Of a stretch of 64,000 nucleotides of DNA, positions 10,679-19,370 are shown in pieces. The notes beneath the pieces are model-generated. The model saw nothing but the letters and a program-made list of their open reading frames with translations. It did no database searches and was not told the origin of the DNA. How positions within the stretch are numbered: position 1 is the first letter of the stretch; each line of letters opens with the position of its first letter. Origin of the DNA: a virus; the IMG/VR virus record IMGVR_UViG_3300042013_000045, positions 32,001 to 96,000 of that record; one strand, 5' to 3'. A program made the translations under genes and the position numbers.

Positions 10679-12127
10679 ATGAGTACCCGACCTTTAATTG
10701 CTAAGTACCCGTTGGATAAGACGGGTACCTCGCCGACGAACAAAGTCATCGGCGAGGTCCGTGAACTCAACGGTTCGCGCGATCGTGCTTTCGTTCCATT
10801 CGGTGGGCCGTTCTACACCGAAAGCTTTAAGATCATCAACAACGACACTGGCCTTCCGCTGGTTCCGGTTGATGACTACATCCTGTGCCAACCGTTCCAA
10901 CAAGCGGCGCTGCGTACCGGTAAAGATGTCCAGTGCGTGGTCTGGATCAAACTGCCTGCACCGATCACCGTTCGCTACGAGTATCAAGTAGTCGGTGGTG
11001 AGTACAGCTGGAACATCGAAGCCTTGGTGCAGATGATCAACGAGATCGATCTCGATGGCCGTCCTGTACAATGGGGTTCGATCATTGGTAAGCCTACTGC
11101 TTATCCGCCGGCTCCTCACATCCACGACATCGGCGACAGCTACGGCTGGGAATACGTGGTCTTCCAACTGGAAGGCATCCGTAATGCGATCCTCGTAGGT
11201 GACGAAGCGTCTCACGATGAACTGCGTCAACAGATGCAAGCGATTCGTGACGAATTGGAGTTGCTGATTGCAGCGGTGGACGACAAGGTCGATCTTCACA
11301 TTGCGGACTATGCTAACCCACACCGGGTGACCAAGCTGCAAGTGGGGTTGGGTCAGGTCCAGGACTTCCCGATTGCGTCTGCCTCGGAAGCGTTGGCTGG
11401 TACAGCGACTAACCGTTACATGACGCCAGCCCTGACCACCACGCTGATCAACCGTCTGATCGACGAGCAACTCGGCGCTCACATCGCTGACAAGAACAAC
11501 CCGCACAACACCACCAAAGCACAGGTGGGTCTGGGTTCGGTCTTGAACTACGGTGTGGCTACCACTGGCGAAGCACAAGCCGGTGCGGTCAACGACAAGT
11601 ACATGACTCCTGCGCTGACCAAGGCTGCGATCATGTTCGTTGTGGGCGATGCGTTCAACACTCATGTGGCGAACACCAACAATCCTCACGGTACCACTGC
11701 TACTCAAGTGGGCTTGGGTCTGGTACAGAACTACGGCGTAGCAACAACCGCTGAAGCTCTGGCAGGGACTGCGACCAACAAGTACATGACGCCTCAGTTG
11801 ACGAACGCGGCTATCAAGGCAACCGCCTCGGATGCTCTGATCGCCCACATCGCGGACAAGGGTAACCCACACGGTACTACGGCAGCTCAGGTTGGTCTCG
11901 GTAACCTCCCGAACGCCATCACCCGGAGCCGCTTCAGTAACTCTGACGCTCAACTGCTGACCGCTGGCAGCATGTTCGATCACGTGAACTCGGGTGACCA
12001 CGATGCTCGTTACAACCCGAAAAACAACGTGAGCGTGGATGGTAGTATCCATATCTCCGGTGGTCGTGGTTACGTTGCGATCAGCGGCGGGTGGCGTCAA
12101 TTCTGGCCGGCTCAGTGGGTCGGTTAA
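10679..12127 (+). CDS. Tail fibre with NPH repeats, paralogue of 8227..10602
   Basis: Similar N-terminal domain (YP.D..G....N.V..E, PFY..S, YQ..GG), four NPH repeats, short C-terminus ending GGWRQFWPAQWVG. Confidence 0.75.
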   Translation: MSTRPLIAKYPLDKTGTSPTNKVIGEVRELNGSRDRAFVPFGGPFYTESFKIINNDTGLPLVPVDDYILCQPFQQAALRTGKDVQCVVWIKLPAPITVRYEYQVVGGEYSWNIEALVQMINEIDLDGRPVQWGSIIGKPTAYPPAPHIHDIGDSYGWEYVVFQLEGIRNAILVGDEASHDELRQQMQAIRDELELLIAAVDDKVDLHIADYANPHRVTKLQVGLGQVQDFPIASASEALAGTATNRYMTPALTTTLINRLIDEQLGAHIADKNNPHNTTKAQVGLGSVLNYGVATTGEAQAGAVNDKYMTPALTKAAIMFVVGDAFNTHVANTNNPHGTTATQVGLGLVQNYGVATTAEALAGTATNKYMTPQLTNAAIKATASDALIAHIADKGNPHGTTAAQVGLGNLPNAITRSRFSNSDAQLLTAGSMFDHVNSGDHDARYNPKNNVSVDGSIHISGGRGYVAISGGWRQFWPAQWVG

Positions 12128-12171
12128 ATAGAGCCTCATTTTATAGTTAAGTCTATAGTGAGGAGTATCCC

Positions 12172-12681
12172 ATGTTACGCAAGTTGACCGATTTCCAGTT
12201 TATAGGTATCACCGAAGAGCGGTTGGCGGTTGACGCGCTGTTGGACAGTCTCTACCCGTACGATCAGGGTTTGATCAAGATCGTACGGGACGGGGGCATG
12301 CACGACGCATTCAGTATCATGGATGTGCTGGAACATGAAGACAAGCCGTTGAAGATCGAAGGGATTGAACGGTTGAACCGCATTCTGTATTCAGAGTGCC
12401 AACGACTGGGCGGCAACTTCGGTCACTACGGGCCTGTCACCTGTCATCTATTCAGGTCCCCTAAGGACTCCATCAGTTTCCCCATGCATGAGGATCTCGA
12501 CGATGTCGTGGTTCACATGGTCAAAGGGAAGAAGATCTTTGAATCTCCCTCAGGCGACCTCGAGTTACTTGAGGGGGAATCCATTTTTATCCCACGTGGC
12601 ACTAAGCACCGGGCGATCAACGTCGAAGCGTCAGTGATGTTGAGTTTTGGTATTGAGCGCTTCATCGTCGAGAAACTCTGA
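12172..12681 (+). CDS. Cupin/JmjC-like Fe(II)/2OG oxygenase
   Basis: FPMHEDLDD (HxD), MVKGKK, LLEGESIFIPRGTKHRA (distal His). Confidence 0.75.
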   Translation: MLRKLTDFQFIGITEERLAVDALLDSLYPYDQGLIKIVRDGGMHDAFSIMDVLEHEDKPLKIEGIERLNRILYSECQRLGGNFGHYGPVTCHLFRSPKDSISFPMHEDLDDVVVHMVKGKKIFESPSGDLELLEGESIFIPRGTKHRAINVEASVMLSFGIERFIVEKL

Positions 12682-13719
12682 ATGCAATCGAAAACGATCT
12701 ACGTCAAAACCACAGGTACATGCAACCTCAACTGCTCCCACTGCTTTACCAACGGGAAGTCTGGCGACAAGACCCAGTTCTGCCCCGATAGCGTGGGAGA
12801 CTGGGTTGCTGACTTTATGTCACGTTACCCGGAAGGTACGCACTACCACATGGAATTCCATGGTGGCGAGCCGTTCTTGGTTCCGGTTGCTAAGCTGAAG
12901 CAGTTTGCAGACAAGTTCCACGACAATGAAAACGTTTCCATGTGCGCCAACAGTAACCTGACGTTTAAAATTACAGATGAGCACATTAATTTCATTAAAA
13001 CATATTTTAACAGTTATATAGGCACAAGTTGGGATCATTGGATCAGATGGTCCAATCAGAAACAACTCGACCTGTGGAAGAGCAACCTCAAGTTGCTGGG
13101 TAGTCACGGGATTGGGATTGGTCTGAAGGTCTCGGTTAGCCGTGAACTGATTAAGATGTCAGCTGACTGGTTCATTGATCAGCTGGAAAGCTTCGGTGTA
13201 GAGGAAGCGTCCCTGGAGCGGTTGACCTTGGATGGCAGTGCTAACGAGAACCCAGACATCTTCCCCGATAACGAGGAACAGGATAACTGGTATCTGGCAG
13301 TGTATCAGCGCTACCACGAACGCCAGCCTACTGTCCGTATTCGCACCATGGACATCATCAAGGCAAAGCTCAAGCACAACATCGTCAAAGTCGACACCAG
13401 TTGCCGCAACTGCGAGCAGAACTTGGTGACGATCAACTCCAGCGGTACGTTGGGTGGCTGTCCCAACGTGGCTACACAGAAACACCACGCAAAACTCTCC
13501 GATGGCGTTACTGCTTTCCTTGAGTCAGACAGCCGCACGGATGACATCGTCAAGGAACTCTCCTTTGGCGAGACGTGCATGACCTGTGACGTGTTCGATC
13601 TGTGTGGTGGTGACTGTCACCGGTTGCCGTGGCAAGGTTCGCGCTGTGGGGGTTTGAAGAATACCTTGCGCTTCCTGTCCGGTCGTGTGCAGACCACCAA
13701 TCTAATTTTCAAGGGGTAG
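12682..13719 (+). CDS. Radical SAM/SPASM-domain protein
   Basis: CNLNCSHC, FHGGEP, C-terminal CRNC..GGCP..CMTCDVFDLCGGDC..C. Confidence 0.9.
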   Translation: MQSKTIYVKTTGTCNLNCSHCFTNGKSGDKTQFCPDSVGDWVADFMSRYPEGTHYHMEFHGGEPFLVPVAKLKQFADKFHDNENVSMCANSNLTFKITDEHINFIKTYFNSYIGTSWDHWIRWSNQKQLDLWKSNLKLLGSHGIGIGLKVSVSRELIKMSADWFIDQLESFGVEEASLERLTLDGSANENPDIFPDNEEQDNWYLAVYQRYHERQPTVRIRTMDIIKAKLKHNIVKVDTSCRNCEQNLVTINSSGTLGGCPNVATQKHHAKLSDGVTAFLESDSRTDDIVKELSFGETCMTCDVFDLCGGDCHRLPWQGSRCGGLKNTLRFLSGRVQTTNLIFKG

Positions 13720-13722
13720 AAC

Positions 13723-14259
13723 ATGGCTACTGATATTCTTCGGCAACATGTGGCGAACGTGGCGAACGCCTACGTCCGTAACAATGCCAACTCGGGCATC
13801 TCTTGGGGGACGAACAACTACCCAGGTGGTTCCCTAGGGTGGTTTGCTGGCGACACTAACGGTATCGCACAGGCGTTCGATGCTAACTGGATCGCTGGGG
13901 GTGATGCTTCGGCATCCAACGTCGCGGCGCACCTGCGTAACTTCGCGAACCTCTTCGGCGGTATCCGTCTTACACGCATCGTGATCTATTACCTGGACTA
14001 TCGTTACGGCACCACGGTGCAGTACGACGGTACAGCAATTGCCAACACGATCTACGGTGTGGGCGATTACGCTTCTGGTGCTGCGCTGCCTGGTTTGGCT
14101 GGCGGTGCTGACATGGACTTGAACAACCTGAACGCCTGTGGCAATAGCCTGTGGAACAGCTACTACGCTAACGCCCGGAACACAGTCCTTACTCTTACCA
14201 ACACTATCTGCCACACCAGCTGCCATGACAACTGTCACTGTGCACGCGGGCGTCGCTGA
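13723..14259 (+). CDS. Asn/Gly/Ala-rich protein with C-terminal Cys/His repeat; candidate substrate of the radical SAM cluster
   Basis: 178 aa ending ICHTSCHDNCHCARGRR; no Lys or Glu. Confidence 0.6.
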   Translation: MATDILRQHVANVANAYVRNNANSGISWGTNNYPGGSLGWFAGDTNGIAQAFDANWIAGGDASASNVAAHLRNFANLFGGIRLTRIVIYYLDYRYGTTVQYDGTAIANTIYGVGDYASGAALPGLAGGADMDLNNLNACGNSLWNSYYANARNTVLTLTNTICHTSCHDNCHCARGRR

Positions 14260-14271
14260 GGAGCCATTGTC

Positions 14272-15039
14272 GTGACAGACCTCGCCCCAAGCAATCCCAA
14301 TGAAGTGCTGGTAACCATCCCAATCCCTCCGGCCATCCTGCGTCGTAAGTTCACAGAACCGGACTTGCTGTTCGTCATTGATTACGACAACAGCAAGTTC
14401 AAAGGTAAGATGATGATCACTTACCTGTCCAACCTGAACATCAATTGCAAGTTGCAGCTGAATGACTCGGTGAATGCGTTGGAGCTGCTGTCGCAGTACT
14501 TGCGGATCACTACACTGGTCACCATTAGCGACATGGAACACCTGGCCATGCAGATGCTGTTGGCCTATTGCGGTAAACCTCACATGTTGGACTTCGACCC
14601 TGCGGAGTTCATTGCAGCGAACGATGACATCCTGACTGTGTGGAAACGTCGCTTGTTCCAACTGCCGTTGTTTGCCATGCACGTCCTGAAGAAGTTCGAG
14701 GATTACCTCGAGCAGTTCCCAGAAGACGATGATGACGGGATGTACGGTATCAACTACGTGCACTTGATCAAGCATGAAGACTTCGCCATCCTGATGCACG
14801 GTTACACCGATGACCTGCTGACCAAGAACACCACGCTCTTCAACGAGTACCTGTTCGCCGGCAAGAACTTGTTCCACTACTTCGCAGTTCAAAGCAATCC
14901 GCTCTTCATGGGCGTGTTGTCGTTGCAGGACGAAGCATCCTTCAACCTGATGAAGCCTGCGCTGGCAGAGGCTGCTAAGCAGTTGGAGCTGGTAGTGCCG
15001 ACGATCCAATTGAGGATTGCCAATGTACCATCTATTTGA
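14272..15039 (+). CDS. Hypothetical protein of the radical SAM cluster
   Basis: 255-aa ORF, GTG start after GAGGAG. Confidence 0.75.
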   Translation: MTDLAPSNPNEVLVTIPIPPAILRRKFTEPDLLFVIDYDNSKFKGKMMITYLSNLNINCKLQLNDSVNALELLSQYLRITTLVTISDMEHLAMQMLLAYCGKPHMLDFDPAEFIAANDDILTVWKRRLFQLPLFAMHVLKKFEDYLEQFPEDDDDGMYGINYVHLIKHEDFAILMHGYTDDLLTKNTTLFNEYLFAGKNLFHYFAVQSNPLFMGVLSLQDEASFNLMKPALAEAAKQLELVVPTIQLRIANVPSI

Positions 15040-16075
15040 TTCGGTCTACGTCGATACGCACTCGCGCATTGATCGTACACAGGACGTTATCACCATCGGC
15101 AATCAACTGGGTTACGAATACTTCCCAGATGAACGTGCGGTGGTCGGTAAGCAACTGGCTTTCGCTGAGAGCCTGGACGACGTGACCCCTGAAGCCTTCG
15201 TAGAAATGTTCACGTTGGCCAAAGCGTCGAAGAAGGCCACGGTCTTCTGTTGCGGTGGAACGTACCTGAGGCTGTACACGCTGTTGGTGAAAGCTCTGCT
15301 GCCTGCGGTGGATCTGGAAACCTTCAAGTGGATCATGCTCTGCAAGAAGGCCACGTTCAACACCACCTTGACCAACATCCGCAAACCTGTGGTTGATGTG
15401 ATCGGTTCGGTGACGATCACTGGCAAAGTCATTGAAGAGCTGTACGCCTTCGAAGACCCACTGCTGCCTGCAATGCAGGAAGTGATCCTTCAGGACAAGA
15501 CCACCCTGTCGCTCGAATGGCGCATCTTGCGCTTGAAGACTGACCAACGGGTCGGCATGCTGCCAAAGGTGCTCAAACGCATCCTGCACCGCATTGCATT
15601 GGCTAACACGCATGACGCCTTGGATGTCTGGGGTCGTGTACTTACCGAACCAGAGAACTGGGAATTCGGTGGCTGTGACTTCGACAGTCTGTTGAACGCT
15701 CCTACGGTGTTCGAAGGGTCGATGGCGTTGCAGTTCTCCAACAACCCAATGTTCCTTCAACCGAACCTGTTCGATCAAGAACCGTCGGATGACTGGATCA
15801 AAGGTTTGTTGTCTGAACTGATCCCAATGCTGGCTCACTGTGACGAAGGCCCAACGGCCGGGCGCACCAAGTTGATCCTCAAGCTGTTGCAAGAGCAGGT
15901 CAACCTGTACAACCCAGAAGTTTGTCTCGAACGCGTGATGACCATGTTCCACGGTCCAAAGCGTCTGGCACTTCCAAACCGAGATTCCGGCAAGTACGAC
16001 GAGAACTTGATCCGGTACATCCTACGAACTGACGTGGTTATTTTGAAGGCCTGCGTCGAAGGAGCTGAATGGTGA
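15023..16075 (+). CDS. Hypothetical protein of the radical SAM cluster
   Basis: 350-aa ORF; ATG at 15023 preceded by GAGGA; overlaps both neighbours. Confidence 0.75.
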   Translation: MYHLFDSVYVDTHSRIDRTQDVITIGNQLGYEYFPDERAVVGKQLAFAESLDDVTPEAFVEMFTLAKASKKATVFCCGGTYLRLYTLLVKALLPAVDLETFKWIMLCKKATFNTTLTNIRKPVVDVIGSVTITGKVIEELYAFEDPLLPAMQEVILQDKTTLSLEWRILRLKTDQRVGMLPKVLKRILHRIALANTHDALDVWGRVLTEPENWEFGGCDFDSLLNAPTVFEGSMALQFSNNPMFLQPNLFDQEPSDDWIKGLLSELIPMLAHCDEGPTAGRTKLILKLLQEQVNLYNPEVCLERVMTMFHGPKRLALPNRDSGKYDENLIRYILRTDVVILKACVEGAEW

Positions 16076-17070
16076 GTAATCTTATCCCACTCGTGGACAT
16101 CTTGCAGGATAAGAAGGGCAAGTACAAGGAAGCTCACTTGATCCTTTTTGAGCGCTGCAACATGCGCTGCTCGTTTTGCCACCAGGACCACGACTCGGAA
16201 GTCGGGATGAGTGGGGAAGATGTACTTGCTAAAGTGGACACGTTCATCATGAACTCCGATCCTAATGACGCCTATGTGGTGAACATTACGGGTGGTGAGT
16301 TGTTCATGGACGACGTCCCTGATGAACTGTTCGAATACTACTTCTTGGCCGGTAAGGCGATCCTGCAACGCTTCGAGGACGTCAAGCTGGTCTTTGGTAC
16401 GAACCTCGTTTATCAGAACACGGCCCGCGTTCGTCGTTTGATGCAGCGACTGCATCCATTCGGTCACGCCTGTCTGGCAACCTCGTACGATCCTGCTGGG
16501 CGGTTCAACGGGGAGCAGCGTAAGTTGTTCCTTGAGAACCTGATGGAGTTCGAGGCGATGATTGAGACTGTCAACGTGGTCATCACACGACAGAACATCG
16601 ACATCTTCTTGAAAGGCCAAGAGGGGCCTGAGTTCGACGTCATGGTCGCAGGCTTCGATGTCTACTTCGACCATTACATCCCGAGTACGCGTTACGAAGA
16701 GCATCAGCCTACAGAACACGCGATCAGCGAACTGTACCTGAGGCTCAATGAACGTTACCCCAACTCCTATCCGATCAAAGCATGGAAAGAGAACCAATTC
16801 AACGACACCACTTGCCGGTCTACCAAGATCATCAACAGCAATGGCATCGTGACCACGTGTTGGTCTGAAGCGGGGAAAGACTCTGTGCTGGATGAAGGAC
16901 AGGGCTTGGCGTTGAAACAAGCGGCCGAAGATCGGTTCCTTGAGAAGTACAACTGTCTGGCGTGTGAGTATTACCAGCGGTGCGGTTTGCGTTGCTTCTT
17001 GCATCACAGCTTTGTTGAAGACGGCTCAGACGAGTGTCAGATCAAAGTTATGTTCGACAAGGTATTGTGA
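16069..17070 (+). CDS. Radical SAM protein with SPASM-like C-terminus
   Basis: CNMRCSFC, TGGEL, C-terminal C..TTC..CLACEYYQRCGLRC..C. Confidence 0.88.
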   Translation: MVSNLIPLVDILQDKKGKYKEAHLILFERCNMRCSFCHQDHDSEVGMSGEDVLAKVDTFIMNSDPNDAYVVNITGGELFMDDVPDELFEYYFLAGKAILQRFEDVKLVFGTNLVYQNTARVRRLMQRLHPFGHACLATSYDPAGRFNGEQRKLFLENLMEFEAMIETVNVVITRQNIDIFLKGQEGPEFDVMVAGFDVYFDHYIPSTRYEEHQPTEHAISELYLRLNERYPNSYPIKAWKENQFNDTTCRSTKIINSNGIVTTCWSEAGKDSVLDEGQGLALKQAAEDRFLEKYNCLACEYYQRCGLRCFLHHSFVEDGSDECQIKVMFDKVL

Positions 17071-17077
17071 AGTGTCT

Positions 17078-17103
17078 AGGACTAGGGGATATCCCCTAGT
17101 CCT
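17078..17103. terminator. 26-bp perfect palindrome inside the cluster
   Basis: aggactaggggat|atcccctagtcct followed by ctttatct. Confidence 0.65.
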
Positions 17104-17129
17104 CTTTATCTATTACTTGAGTAACTGCC

Positions 17130-17327
17130 ATGAACCAATTCGAATTGTCTGCTGATGGATACGAATCTGCTGTAGCTTGGTTGAACGACAATGGTCATAG
17201 TGCGCACCTAGACTCCGACCGGGCTCCGATGGATGGTTACACGATCATCACCCTGGCCAACTCGCTGAAGAACAACGCGACTGTACAGACCCAGGCTTTC
17301 CTGCGTCCAGTTCTGCAAGCCTGCTAA
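17130..17327 (+). CDS. Small hypothetical protein
   Basis: 65-aa ORF filling the gap between the hairpin and the next rSAM gene. Confidence 0.55.
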   Translation: MNQFELSADGYESAVAWLNDNGHSAHLDSDRAPMDGYTIITLANSLKNNATVQTQAFLRPVLQAC

Positions 17328-17338
17328 GAGGCAACACC

Positions 17339-18433
17339 GTGAACCTGATTATCAAACCGACCGTAGCGTGTAACTTTAAGTGCACGTTCTGTTCCAGCAC
17401 TCATCTCTCTGAAGAACCCAAAGACATCGTTGAGTTGGAGGACATCGAAGCCTTCATCAAACGTTATCCTCACACCAGCACCATCATCGTCAACGGAGGC
17501 GATCCGCTGATGATGCCTCCGTCGTACTACTACTCGATCATGGAGATCTTGGACAAGTACGAGTGTCCTGCCATTCTGTCGTTCACCAGTAACCTCTGGG
17601 CGTTCTACAAGAAGCCTGAGATGTGGGCACCTCTGTTCAAGCTTGACCGAGTAGGGGTGACCACCTCGTTCCAATACGGCGACAAACGCCTGAAGGGTGA
17701 CGGGACTGTGTTCACGGAAGAAGAGTTCATTGCTGTCAGTGATCTGTTCTTGGAGCACGTGGGTTATCGTCCGGACTTCATTGCCGTGATCGACACCGAC
17801 AACGCTCACACCGTTCTCGACACTGTACGGCTTGCTCAGCGACTGGACGTCGAAGCCAAGGTCAACTACGTCTCAGCATCCGGGCCAGAGGTGACCAAGA
17901 AAGGCATCACGATGGGCAGCATCAATCACATGTATGCTCAAGCGGATATCTACGAGCAGTACTTGTCGATCTACGATGCCGGTCTCATGAAGTGGGAATA
18001 CAACACCAAGCAGATGGTCAAGCGCCTGAACCTAGGTACCACGACCTGTCCCTTGGCGCGTCACTGTGATGAAGGCATTCGTGCACTGCAACCGGGGAAG
18101 AACTATTACTCCTGTGGCAGCTTTGGAGATGACAACGAATACCCAATCGACTTCGGCAAGGAAATGGCGGGTGAGTTCTTCACTCCACTGCGCAATGAGG
18201 AAGCGCTGCATTCCATGAAGGAGTCGTGCAATGTCTGTCCTATGTTCTCAATCTGCAATGGCTGTCGTAAGACCATCGCTGATACCAAACGCCTAGGGCT
18301 GGTTGAGCATCACTGCAAGAAGATGAAGTCCCTTGCTCCACGTATCATCGACGCCAACGGCATGACCGGCATTCTCGAGCCGACGCCGTACGAAGATGAA
18401 TCCATCCAACTGATTCCACTCATCGCAATGTAA
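17339..18433 (+). CDS. Radical SAM/SPASM-like protein
   Basis: IIKPTVACNFKCTFC, NGGDPL, C-terminal CPLARHC..YSC..CNVCPMFSICNGC..C. Confidence 0.9.
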   Translation: MNLIIKPTVACNFKCTFCSSTHLSEEPKDIVELEDIEAFIKRYPHTSTIIVNGGDPLMMPPSYYYSIMEILDKYECPAILSFTSNLWAFYKKPEMWAPLFKLDRVGVTTSFQYGDKRLKGDGTVFTEEEFIAVSDLFLEHVGYRPDFIAVIDTDNAHTVLDTVRLAQRLDVEAKVNYVSASGPEVTKKGITMGSINHMYAQADIYEQYLSIYDAGLMKWEYNTKQMVKRLNLGTTTCPLARHCDEGIRALQPGKNYYSCGSFGDDNEYPIDFGKEMAGEFFTPLRNEEALHSMKESCNVCPMFSICNGCRKTIADTKRLGLVEHHCKKMKSLAPRIIDANGMTGILEPTPYEDESIQLIPLIAM

Positions 18434-18443
18434 AGAGAGCACC

Positions 18444-19370
18444 ATGAAGCCAGCAATCAATGTCTCCCTCAACGTTTCGTATTACTGTAACTTCCGGTGC
18501 TCTTTCTGTTACTTGACTGAAGAACAACTTGGTGACCGTACCAAGGTGAACCTCGAGCTGCTAGCTTCACGGATCGATGAGATCTTGGCATACTACACCA
18601 TCGAGCACGTAGACCTGTATGGCGGAGAAGTCCTGCTGTTACCCAAGGCGTATCTGCTCGGCATCAAAGAGATCCTCCATGCACGCGGTATCACCGACAT
18701 CGTGTTGATCACGAACCTCTCGCTCGTCAATGAGATCGCTAACGATCCAGACTTTGAGATCTCGGTCTCTTACGACTTCGGGGCGAGAGAGAAGGCAGAT
18801 GAAGTCCTCGGTAATATGTTCATGCTGGAGAATCGGTTCACTGTCTTGACGCTGGCCTCTCGTGCGTTCTTAGACACGGTATCGGTCGACGAGTACGTTG
18901 ACACCATGAACCTGTTAAACCGTCTCAAAACGGCTGAGATCAAGCCGTACAGCAGTAACCAAGCCAACGATCACGCAGTACAGTTTGATGAATTCGAAAA
19001 CTTCGTCTGGGCAGTGATAAACCACCCTAACCGCGAGTTCTATTTCGAGAACCGCAGTCAGGTGAAAGAAGCTGTAGAGACTGGCAACCGTAATGCCTTC
19101 AGTGACAACCACATCTACATCACTCCGACGGGCGACTTCGCCGTCCTTGAGTTCGATGGTAAGGATCGTGAGTTCTTCCTGAAGGTAGACGGGATGGCGG
19201 GCTACCGGGCGTGGTGTGATGCAGAGAAGAAGCGGGTCAATGCGAACCCGTACTGCCAAGCGTGCCCTTACAATGGCAAGTGTCTCTCTGAGCACTTAAG
19301 AGAAGTCGTGACCTTGGAACATTCCTGTAATGGGTTCAAAGGTCTACTAGACAGGTGGGCAGCACAATGA
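18444..19370 (+). CDS. Radical SAM protein
   Basis: CNFRCSFC, YGGEV, C-terminal CQACPYNGKC..HSC. Confidence 0.88.
   Translation: MKPAINVSLNVSYYCNFRCSFCYLTEEQLGDRTKVNLELLASRIDEILAYYTIEHVDLYGGEVLLLPKAYLLGIKEILHARGITDIVLITNLSLVNEIANDPDFEISVSYDFGAREKADEVLGNMFMLENRFTVLTLASRAFLDTVSVDEYVDTMNLLNRLKTAEIKPYSSNQANDHAVQFDEFENFVWAVINHPNREFYFENRSQVKEAVETGNRNAFSDNHIYITPTGDFAVLEFDGKDREFFLKVDGMAGYRAWCDAEKKRVNANPYCQACPYNGKCLSEHLREVVTLEHSCNGFKGLLDRWAAQ

Noticed and set aside
8770-11910. Periodic DNA repeats as CRISPR or DGR repeats
   Set aside because: In-frame degenerate protein repeats; no constant repeat-spacer structure and no reverse transcriptase
8146-12139. Long antisense ORFs (874 aa, 481 aa) opposite the fibre genes
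   Set aside because: Shadow frames produced by codon bias of the sense genes; no motifs or RBS
14209-14256. Cx3CH read as c-type haem attachment sites
   Set aside because: No export signal or cytochrome c maturation genes; overlapping Cx3CH units fit a repeat core better
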